NCBI RefSeq assembly: GCF_016432865.1
Contig: NC_067400.1
Location: forward strand, 31,558,001-31,622,000
Direction of reading: 5' to 3'
DNA: 64,000 nt
Origin: Antechinus flavipes
Taxonomy: Eukaryota
Shown here: positions 13,982-23,668 of the stretch, piece by piece
Position numbering within the stretch: the stretch's first letter is position 1
How the letters are laid out: each line of letters begins with the position of its first letter
Notes under the pieces: generated by a model
The model's database searches: none
What the model was told of the DNA's origin: nothing
Seen by the model: the letters and a program-made list of their open reading frames with translations, nothing else
Program-made: the position numbers and the translations under genes

Positions 13982-14182
13982 GTTTCTCTTTGTCTGTCTT
14001 TCTCTGTGTCTCCCTCTCTCTCTCTGTCTCTTTATTTCTTAGTATGTGTGTCTCTCTCTTTTTGTGTCTTTCTCTCTCTGCAAACATCTGTCTCTGTCTT
14101 TGTATCTCTGTGTCTCTGTTGATTCTCTCTTTGTTTCTGTCTCTCTCCTGTCTGTCTCTCTGTGTCTCTGTTATTTCTCTCT
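13982..14182. repeat. (TC/TCTG)n low-complexity tract
   Basis: Visible; explains ORF 13972. Confidence 0.85.
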
Positions 14183-14224
14183 TTCAAGAAATTATGGTTA
14201 ATTGATTTGTTTATGGGGACACAG

Positions 14225-14312
14225 GTCAAGTGTCTGAGACTGGATTTCAACTCAGGTCCTCCTGACTTCATAACCAGTGCTCTATCCACTGCCTGCACTA
14301 TTCAACTTCCCC
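14225..14312 (-). mobile_element. 5' head of a tRNA-derived SINE (WSINE/Mar-like)
   Basis: aagtgtctgagactggatttcaactcaggtcctcctgacttc...gtgctctatccactg. Confidence 0.75.
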
Positions 14313-14488
14313 TCAATAAATCTTTTTCAAGTGGTTTCTATGTTCAGACCACTTTGGTGCTAGGTTATGGTGACAGAAAGGCATGGACAAAATACAGCAG
14401 CATGCATTTTTTCTGGCAGGCTAGGGGTAAGGTAAGTGTATAGTGATTTTATTATTTATCTACGAAAAAGTAATAAAAGTATGATGGC

Positions 14489-14655
14489 TACAGTGTTGGA
14501 CTTGGAAGTAGGAAGTTTGAGTTTTACTCTTACCACAGACACCCAGTAGCTATATGTCCCTGGCCAAGTCACTTCAGTTCTGTTGGCTTCATCTGCAATA
14601 GAACTAAGGGTGATGGTGAAGTGATGGACTCTCACTTGTGGTCCCTTCCAGTTCC
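14489..14655 (+). mobile_element. MIR3-like SINE
   Basis: ttggacttggaagtaggaag...ggccaagtcactt...ggtcccttccagttc. Confidence 0.65.
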
Positions 14656-14974
14656 CATCTAGGATTCATCCAGAATAATTTCCAGTAAATCACAACTATT
14701 TGGGGAATCAGAGAAGGGATATATAGTATGTCAGAAGAAAAAAGAGAAGGATTCTATGAAGCCAAGATAAAGAGGGACTGAACTCTTCAGAAGTCATTTT
14801 TGCCAAGTCAGGCTTTTTGATGTTGTATTACTTTAATGGAGTTCATTTCCATGGGAATGATGATTTCTCAGACCTGGGTGAATTTGTTTTTCTGTCATTT
14901 GCAAGAGATCTTATACATATCTATATGTACTAGTAGTTTTCATTTCTAATCTTTCTAGCTTATTAGTAGGAGTT

Positions 14975-15195
14975 GTTTGCTATTTGTTCCAGAAGAAGAT
15001 CATGATATCAGGGAGGTGAAGCCATGCAATGCAAATAAATAGAATTTAAGTGAGAGAGAGCTATGCAAGATCACCTACCCCACTATCTCCTCTAGTGCCA
15101 TGTTGGTCCAGGGGCAAGATATAAATTAGGATGACTGTACATGGCCCTGGTTTCAGTGGAAGACCATGGCCTTTTTTAAGTTAAGGTCTTTAGGC
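14975..15195. mobile_element. Marsupial interspersed repeat, probably RTE-associated; family uncertain
   Basis: gaagatcatgatatcagggaggtgaagccatg...aatttaagtgag...ggtccaggggcaagatataaattaggatgactg resembles a recalled marsupial repeat consensus. Confidence 0.5.
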
Positions 15196-15486
15196 AGAGT
15201 AAGGAGGCCCAAAACAAAGAAACCTATAACATTTCAATCATTAGCAATAGATATTTTATGAACTGTGAATTTAGAGAATGTTTCACTATAACCTATTTCT
15301 ACTTAAATTTCTACAAATTTAGCAGATTTATCAAGAGTATATTCATCAGCATTTCATTTTATATCAAATGGCACCAGAAATAGTCCATTGTAGAAATTTA
15401 TGTACACATTCTTTGTTGCCTTTGATGTCCACTCAGTGACTTGTAAAATAACTAGTGAAATAACTCTGTCCATATTAGTTTCTACA

Positions 15487-15515
15487 TACTAATAATTTAT
15501 TTTCATTTTCTCTAG
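15487..15515 (+). promoter_or_regulatory. Branch point, polypyrimidine tract and 3' splice site of the first coding exon
   Basis: TACTAAT (15487-15493), T/C tract, TAG ending at 15515. Confidence 0.85.
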
Positions 15516-15824
15516 GATATCAACCTACTGCTAACTGGATTTGAGGGGAAACCAAAATAAATGGCTACTTTCCTTATACTGCTGCTATGGAAAATGGAAC
15601 ACCAGTGGCTGATGGGACATGGTTTGATAAAGAACATCAAGTAAAGATGTCTCAATAATTGTGAAATCAATGGAAGATCCTTGCTCTTTGAAAAGCTTTT
15701 TGAGATTATCCTGACAGGTTCTCCTGGAAACCTGAGGAAACATTCCTTCTTTATCTGTCTCATTTTTCACAGAGGATTATAAATACTATTACTTCCTTGT
15801 CAACTTCACACCTCATGTGGGACC
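15516..15824 (+). other. NLGN1: 5' UTR portion (309 nt) of the NLGN1 first coding exon
   Basis: Acceptor ttattttcattttctctAG|GATATC at 15515/15516 with a near-consensus branch point TACTAAT at 15487-15493. Gives an 802-nt exon, close to the ~813 nt recalled for human. Confidence 0.88.
15561..15714 (+). promoter_or_regulatory. uORF cluster in the NLGN1 leader: 15561-15644 (27 aa), 15587-15658 (23 aa), 15619-15627 (MV*), 15670-15714 (14 aa)
   Basis: ATG-to-stop frames read directly from the UTR. ATG 15587 has strong Kozak context (gctATGG). Actual translation is not shown. Confidence 0.6.
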
Positions 15825-15973
15825 ATGGCCCCGCCAAGATCCATGTGGCTGAACTGTGCATGGAAAGCAGGGATGACACATCTTGTACTCCGGGGATTGG
15901 ATGCCACACTGGCCCTCTGCATCTTTGGATGTTTGCTTCAGGCCTCTGCTGTATCCTCACAAAAGTTGGATGA
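15815..15973 (+). promoter_or_regulatory. Overlapping out-of-frame uORF (52 aa, [10 protein letters not shown]...TKVG*) starting 10 nt before the main ATG
   Basis: ctcATGT (weak Kozak) at 15815; stop TGA at 15971-15973. Confidence 0.5.
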
Positions 15974-16317
15974 TGCTGACCCACTGGTGACGACTAACTT
16001 TGGCAAAATAAGAGGGGTTAAAAAGGAACTCAATAATGAAATTCTGGGGCCTGTGATTCAGTTTCTTGGGGTTCCATATGCAGCTCCACCCACAGGGGAA
16101 CGCCGTTTTCAGCCTCCTGAACCTCCATCTTCTTGGTCAGACACCAGAAATGCCACTCAATTTGCTCCCGTTTGTCCACAGAACATTATCGATGGCAGGT
16201 TGCCAGAAGTCATGCTCCCCGTTTGGTTTACTAATAATTTGGATGTAGTTTCCTCCTACGTACAAGATCAGAGTGAAGACTGCCTCTACTTAAATATCTA
16301 TGTCCCAACAGAGGATG
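15825..16317 (+). CDS. NLGN1: Neuroligin-1, first coding exon (aa 1-164 plus 1 nt, phase 1): signal peptide and start of the cholinesterase-like domain
   Basis: Translation MAPPRSMW...[57 protein letters not shown]...[49 protein letters not shown] matches NLGN1 as recalled. Strong Kozak accATGG; 493 coding nt; donor G|GTGAGT at 16317/16318; N109 sequon (NAT), C117 and C153 present. The ORF-track extension to 16358 is intron read-through. Confidence 0.98.
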
Positions 16318-16443
16318 GTGAGTTAACTGAAGGAAAAAAAAAACAGCCACATCTTTAAAAATAAATATATATATATATATACATAATATATATTATTCTT
16401 ATTCTAAATTCTAACAATATTAATTCATGTATACTGGTAGCAA

Positions 16444-16760
16444 GCATGGCTTTCTGTTGTTGGCACGAAGGCATTTTCCATGTATGCATGTGGCTTATTT
16501 GTGTGTATTCATGTGCGTATGCATATGTTTTATTTTTTTCTCCTCTTTCTACTTGTTTTATTTCCCCCATAGCACGTATGTTTAGGCAGAAATTGGTTCT
16601 TAATTCTCATTTCCTACTCAACGCCTTCAAGGAAGATGCATCAGCCTTTCTCCATTTTGCATGTGCAGGCACAAGAAATGGGTGACCTTTGGCACTCAAA
16701 AAAATCCAAAAAACAAAAACGCAGGAGTTTTAGATTTAAGTGATCTAGCGGTGTTGCATG
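16444..16760 (+). promoter_or_regulatory. Rbfox-type (T)GCATG motif cluster upstream of exon A1
   Basis: GCATG 16444; TGCATG at 16485, 16658 and 16755, all within the 501-nt intron. Confidence 0.6.
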
Positions 16761-16818
16761 CTCCGAGAGTCTGTGATGGAGCTCCATGTTATTTTCTAGT
16801 CTTCTATTCATTTTTCAG

Positions 16819-16878
16819 TAAAAAGAATATCCAAGGAATGTACAAGAAAACCCGGCAAGAAAATTTGTAGAAAAGGAG
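16819..16878 (+). CDS. NLGN1: NLGN1 alternative cassette exon, splice insert A1 (VKRISKECTRKPGKKICRKG), 60 nt, phase 1-1
   Basis: Acceptor cttctattcatttttcAG at 16817-16818 and donor GAG|GTATGT at 16878/16879. In-frame translation matches the known A1 insert with its two cysteines. Too short for the ORF track. Confidence 0.96.
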
Positions 16879-18346
16879 GTATGTATAAAAGTGGAAACCA
16901 AAAACGGGGGAAAAAAGGCTTGGAGAGGAAGAACGAGATAACATATCCAAAGGATGATTTGCTGATATGCTGAAGTGAAAGGTTAGGCAATATCTTATAT
17001 TTAATGAAGCTCAAGAAGGAATTGAGAGTTGGTGAAAGAGGTGCCTAGTGGAGTATATAACTTCTATAAAGCATTATTCTCTCCCTCTTTGGTTCCCTGG
17101 TGATGATTGTAGGGGCAACATCCATATCTTGGCCTTGTGCTTGTTTCAAGGTTGCTGAACATATTTGTGCATTGGCAAAGAAGCAGAGAGGGAGATCTCC
17201 TAATGATGGAAAAATGTGTATTCTCTGGATATTTTCTCCACACAAGAGTACTAACCTTCCTGCGGCCTCTTTTTGTCCATTTATGGAAAAAAAAAATGAG
17301 TGAGAATGAATAGTCAGTTTTCTGTTTGCTCATAGTTTGCTCTTATGTAAACTTATGTTCCAAGGATAGTGAAATGTTCAAAACATTTTGCCATGGTAAT
17401 TTGGCCACTGCTGTTGTCAGGTAGTATTTTCCTTCAGACATTATTTAAATCTTGTTGTCAATTCCCAGCAGGAATGGAGATCTTGCAGATTTCGTCCCAA
17501 ACATTTGCAGATTTTCAAAATTACTCTAACACTTGTATATTTATGTTCAACAACTTAAAACATGGGAAATAACATGATTCAGAAGCTACAATTAAATCAA
17601 CCTTTAAAGCATCCTCTAGTTAGATTGTGCAAGTGGAGACATTCACAGCTGCAGGCTTGCTGAGACTTAATGTGTCTGAATGTGGCTTGTCCAGACAACA
17701 TTTTTTTAAAGCTTCCTATTCAGTATATCACCCATACGAGAGTCTGACCTGCTAGGGTGGGAGATACTTGATGTGATCACGTGATTTCAACCATAAGGGT
17801 GTAGAAATTTAAGCCAGCTTTGATATCCAGGCATTGGTGACTTGTGTTCTAGTTTTCGCTACTTCAGATCATATTTTATTATGAACAGTTTCAAGGACAG
17901 TTCAGATTATTGTGTTCTGCTGATCCACAACTGGATATTGGCCATATTTCCTCCAGACATTTCATCATAAAATTGGTATTTGCAGCAATGTGGTCCAACA
18001 TGTCTTTTCCCAATGGTACATGCAAATTGAATGGTGGCAGCATGGTACCATTGAAGAAGATAAGTATAGAAGAAACAGGAGTGTTTTGAATAACTAACAA
18101 CAAAGTGCTTCATTTCTTTCAAGTGAGAACAATTGAAATCATTTTCATGCCTTCTGGTGATGTACAACTCTGATATAGTTTTTAATCGTGTAGTTTATCA
18201 AGTATGTGTAATTAGCACAGCAATTTTTTCCTCCTATCACAGAAATGTTGATTCTCAGTCATAAGTAAAGATGTTGGTAAAGGATATATAACTATAAAAT
18301 ATATTATGCAAATATACATGCAGTTAAAATCAAGAAAGAGAGAAGA

Positions 18347-18489
18347 NNNNNNNNNNNNNNNNNNNNNNNNNNNNNNNNNNNNNNNNNNNNNNNNNNNNNN
18401 NNNNNNNNNNNNNNNNNNNNNNNNNNNNNNNNNNNNNNNNNNNNNNNNNNNNNNNNNNNNNNNNNNNNNNNNNNNNNNNNNNNNNNNNN
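18347..18489. other. Assembly gap (143 N)
   Basis: N run. Confidence 0.99.
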
Positions 18490-18849
18490 GCCCAAAGTAG
18501 AGACCATGCTTCATCTTATAAACAAATTTAGGAGATGTTTTCGTCTATTGAAAATTTTTTTTGTCATTAACTTTTCTTTGAATCATTTCTTCAATCCATA
18601 ATATGCTAGTGCTAGTGAGTATTTGTGTGGGTATCCTTCATTTGCATTGGCAAAGTCACATATTTTTATCAGAGACTTCTTATGACATTAACTTAAGAGA
18701 CCAGCCTTGCCCCAGTACTTGGAAAACTCCTTCAAGCCTTCTAGTCTAACCCCATACTTGAACAAGTCCCTTGTACTAGAGAATCAGCCTTTAATCACCC
18801 AGCTTTCATTTTTAAGCCTCTCATTAATGAGAGAGAAACCTGTTAATTC

Positions 18850-19070
18850 CCAGGGCACTCATTGGATGATTAGTTAGTTCTAATTTTTTTAGAAAGTGTT
18901 TCCTTATATCAAAGCTAATGTGCCTCTTTTGTCCATTGTCCATGGTCCTGCCCTTTGGAATTTCGCAGAACAAACCTAAGTAATGTCCATGTGTCAGCCT
19001 TTCCAAACCTGAAGAAAATTTCTGTTCTCTTCTTCCCCCTGGCCCCCTGAGCCTTTTCTCCTCCAGGCTT
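18850..19070 (-). mobile_element. L3/CR1 fragment
   Basis: ttagaaagtgtttccttatatcaaagctaa...gtcctgccctttgg...agaacaa...ttttctcctccaggct. Confidence 0.6.
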
Positions 19071-20315
19071 TCATTAATGCCAACACAAGATGCAGGTCAC
19101 TTCTATACACAAAATATACATGTGTAAAACATTATATACTTGTACTAATCCTTGGGTACCAGTGTGAAGGCCACTCCACATTCTGTGGTACTATGCTATA
19201 ACAAAAGAGCTGGGAGGAATGGTATCAGTCTAATTTTCTGCACAAGTGGAGCTTAAGAATGAAATAAACACCACCTATTCCAGACAGAGAATAATAGTGT
19301 CTTTTCTTTCAGGCATCAGTAGAATGTCCCCTTATCTTTTTCTAAAGTGACTGTCAAAGCTCTTCTCGGGAAGAGTTGAATGATCATATGCTAATTAGAA
19401 AAAAAGAATATTGGAAACTCTAAGTTTTTTATTTGTTTGTTTCTGTTTTGTTGGCAAATTTAGATATTATCCTAACTATCCTATAGAATTTCATCTTCAA
19501 ATGTTTTGTTGGAATACTCTAACAGACCTGTGTTCATGAGGTGTGTGGGGATTCTCGCTAACTAGGTAAATCTAGCCTATTATACCCATCCTGACTAGAT
19601 AACCATAGTTCATATCTCTCCAAAAGTCAGTCAGAGACAATCCTGTCAAAATACTGGTGGTTTTCTTCAAATTCTCTTCACATTGTTAGGGTACCAATGG
19701 AGCATTCAAACAGTCCACAGAATATTTCTTTCTATCCCTCCATGACAACTCATCTTCTTTACTGCTCAGATGATTCTTTGATGAAAACAGACTGTCTTTT
19801 AAAATGGACTTTTTCAGAAAACCACAACTTGAATGAACTAATAAATTCAAGTTTGTTTTAATCTTGTTAGATTGCTTTTGTTAAAGGACCAAAATGACCA
19901 GGTGCAAATTATGTCTGCAAATGTATGCCTGCTTATGTACAAAATGGAAGATAGTCTTCTTAAAAGGCCTATTGTGGTATCATATCTATTTAGAAACATA
20001 CATATATATTATATTTTGTATAGTATATTAATGCATACATGGATATAAATTTTGATCATCTCTATCTTCAGAATTATTTTCTGCTTAATTGGCAAGGGTC
20101 TCCTTTGATGCCAAACAGATTTCTCCTCTTTTAAAACATTTCTCAATTGAATTTCTTTTCTCATCTATCTTTTTATCTGTCCCATGAGAATTTTATCCAT
20201 TTGTTAATTACTTTTTTGGTTCTTCAGTACTCTCTGGCTTAGCCAAATAGAAGGAAAGATTGATACCAAAAGCAGAGATAATTACAATGGCTTACATAAT
20301 TGGTGAGCAGGAAGT

Positions 20316-20639
20316 NNNNNNNNNNNNNNNNNNNNNNNNNNNNNNNNNNNNNNNNNNNNNNNNNNNNNNNNNNNNNNNNNNNNNNNNNNNNNNNNNNNNN
20401 NNNNNNNNNNNNNNNNNNNNNNNNNNNNNNNNNNNNNNNNNNNNNNNNNNNNNNNNNNNNNNNNNNNNNNNNNNNNNNNNNNNNNNNNNNNNNNNNNNNN
20501 NNNNNNNNNNNNNNNNNNNNNNNNNNNNNNNNNNNNNNNNNNNNNNNNNNNNNNNNNNNNNNNNNNNNNNNNNNNNNNNNNNNNNNNNNNNNNNNNNNNN
20601 NNNNNNNNNNNNNNNNNNNNNNNNNNNNNNNNNNNNNNN
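20316..20639. other. Assembly gap (324 N)
   Basis: N run. Confidence 0.99.
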
Positions 20640-20789
20640 TAATTCTAGAAACATATTTTGATTACTTTTCTGTATTTGATGATATTTTGGGCATATTTGA
20701 TGCAAATATGGCCCATGTATAGTAAAGGCTAATAGAAAACATGGATGGTTAAAAGTCAGAGATAATGGAAAACAAGCACTATTGTGTAC

Positions 20790-20980
20790 TGGATTATATC
20801 CTGGAATTGGAGTCAGGAAGACTTGATTTGGATTCTTTCTTTGCCATTTTGATACTTACTGCTTGTGTGATCTCAGGGAAATCAATTCACCTCTCTTTGC
20901 CTCAACTTCTTCACTCCCCAAATGAGGGATTTAGATAGAACAATATCTGGGATTTCCTTATAATTATAAATCTATGATCC
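20790..20980 (+). mobile_element. MIR/MIR3
   Basis: ctggaattggagtcaggaagactt...acttactgcttgtgtgatc...cctcaacttcttcac. Confidence 0.7.
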
Positions 20981-23478
20981 AATGACACATTTTAATCAGC
21001 AGCTTCAAAATCCACTCAGCATATTTGCCAGTGCTGATTAGGTGACTGAATTAACCAATTAGCAACACTTCTATTTTCTCCAGCTCTGACTTTTGGAAGC
21101 ACCAACACTAGAATAGAATAACTGGCACTTTTTCCAGGGTATCAACATTTAGAAAGCAGTGATAGTACTCACACATTTCAGCTGCATAGAAACAGCTGAG
21201 GTTGGTGACCCAGCTGAACCTACCACACCAAGTCAGTCCCTTCTTAGCAATCACACCAACCCCTTTTAGAATCCTCGATTGAAACGTCATGTGGTTTGGC
21301 TATCCCAGGACGCCTGGTATACCAGAGTCCCTTCTTCCATCAGGCTTTGCATCCTTATTGCTCTCCTTCCACACTTAAATAATTGAATCTCTCTTAAGAA
21401 GTTGTTTTAAGGGTAGCTTTCCCGCTGCTTCTCTACGGGTGTGTTTTGGGAAGCTTGTCCTAAGCCCTTTCCCCTGGTGGAATGGTTAAAAATCCCAGAG
21501 TGGTTTGATGCCATGCACTAGATTGGGCCATCTGCACACAGATCAATCAATCCACGAATATTTATGCAGTTTTCTTCATTTCTTTAAGCATTTGTAGCTC
21601 TTTTCTCATCAGTGCTTCCAAAATGAGTACAGTATATGTTATCCTTTATTTTGCTATTTGTTCTCTTCCCCATTTCTTCATTATTTCATAGGATTTTAGA
21701 TTTAGATGAACAGCCTTGGAATGATTTCTTATACTTTCTTCCATTTTTCTTCCTAGTTTATTTGTAAGGATTCATTTGTTCTTGCTACATTTGATACTTT
21801 CTTATACAATATAATGTGGGTTTATTTCAAGAGCTTTTCCATAAAATAAAGCATTTTAGAAGATTTTTTTTAAGATAAGGAAAACAAGCTTTTCCTGAGT
21901 ATGGCTATAACTCTGATTGTGCTCAGTTTGTGTGCCAGCAAAGAAAAGTAAAGGGTAAATCAGAGTGATTGGAGGAACAATAGTTTCTAAATCTCTGATT
22001 TCTCAGATTCTCTGGGTACAACAAGCATGCGTGACAGATATCAGCTGGGAATCTTTGAGCAGAACAGGCAAGAACTGTGTTTATACATAGGCTGGCAGAT
22101 GGCATCGAGAAATTGTAACTGATCTGGAAGTTGAGTTTTCAAAGACCCACCTAGCAGGAGACTCATTCCCAATACTTTCTATTCACCTCTAGGGTATAAC
22201 TGGAATGCTATGGGGAACCCTCTTATAGGTAGGTGATGGAGGTTGCACTAGAATTGGGGTCTCTAGTTTCATCCAAGAGGCATATGTGAAGAGTAAACTA
22301 GAGACTCATCTACCAAAATAGCTAAGAAATAAAACCAGAGTTCTAAAATGAATGAGTTCAGAAGGCTTAGAAGAAACAGCATCAATCATCCCATTGTTTC
22401 CTGACAGATGCCGAGAGTGTCCTGAAGCAGATAATTAAAAGATCATTTGAGTTGTCCAATTCAATTTATTTTTTCACAGACTTCCTTTTCATATGGTAAA
22501 ATTTGGGGTGAAATTAAAAAAAACCACCCATACAACTAAAATAACTTCATGGTAGAAATTGCCCTCCTTCTACTTTTCCTTTTTATTCCCATCCACGTTC
22601 ACATCTTGTTTATCTGATGCTGGGCATGATAATTGCTAAATAATTAATTATGTTGTAATTGTATGTTGCTGTGTCTTACCATAGAATATTTTGGTAGGGT
22701 TATGTTCCAGTTTCTTTAAAAATGTCTACCTCATTAATAATAGAAGTTCCTAAAAAAGTAGCTTTGTGACTGGCAGATTTTCTTGTCCCTTAGTTTAATT
22801 TTTGCCCTCAGATCACAGCAAAGTGGGATTTCTTATTGATGGACACCCTGTCCTTTCTGGGTTTATTCCTATGCCAGTTATGTCAGACTACACAGGAGAG
22901 TAGAAACGTGCTTCACTGTGGTCAACTCTATTCTTGTTCAGACTATGTACAAGCTTGTGTTTTTTTTAGAGTTTTTAAAGAAATTGGAAAAACTATTTTT
23001 TCTTAAAAATCACATTTATAGCTCATAAAAATGGAATCTTGTTTACATGAATTTCAGTCTTTGGTCAATGTCATTATACAATAATGGTTTATTCCATATT
23101 AATTACAAGCTGTCAGATAGAAAATTATGATTACAGATGTATTTGAAATAAAGAACATCATCAATATAGCCAATTCTTCAAGTTTCAATCATAAGATCAT
23201 TAATTTGGAGCAAAACAGGACCTTAGTAGCCATTTCCTCCAACCCTCTTAATTTACAGATGAGGAAACTGAGACTCTGAAAAAAACTGAAATGTCTTGTT
23301 CAGTTCCCATGGATAGCAATGGTCAGATATTATTTGAACCCAGATCCTCTAGCTCTTAATTCTATATTTAGATTTATTACACAACACATGCATGTGTATG
23401 TGTGTGTAGTATGTGTGTGTGTGTGTAAGTAATCCTTCTACTATATAGCTTTTTCTCTACCAGAGATAATATATAGAT

Positions 23479-23668
23479 TAGGGGTTCTTAAACCTAAGGT
23501 TTGTGAACTAGCTTGTCTTTTAAATACATTGATAATGATTTCCATCTAATTGGTTTCCTTTTAATTCTGCATATTTTAAGCATTTACTATATTATAATGA
23601 GAAAGGGTACATTGGCTTTTCTAGTGTGCCAGAGGGCTCTAGGACCCCCAAAAGGTTAAGAACACCTG
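23479..23668. mobile_element. hAT-Charlie MITE
   Basis: TIRs TAGGGGTTCTTAAACCT / AGGTTAAGAACACCTG; 8-bp TSD atatagat / atgtagaa. Confidence 0.75.

Noticed and set aside
1-15515. NLGN1 main promoter, CpG island or upstream non-coding exons
   Set aside because: No CpG island is present and no upstream exon can be supported from sequence alone.
15512-16248. Antisense and alternate-frame ORFs over the exon (15512-15763, 15585-15770, 15760-15984, 16066-16248)
   Set aside because: Short shadow frames of a real exon with no recognisable similarity.
16318-16358. ORF-track C-terminus [13 protein letters not shown] as normal NLGN1 protein
   Set aside because: It follows a canonical GTGAGT donor, so it is intron read-through (kept only as a polyadenylation hypothesis).
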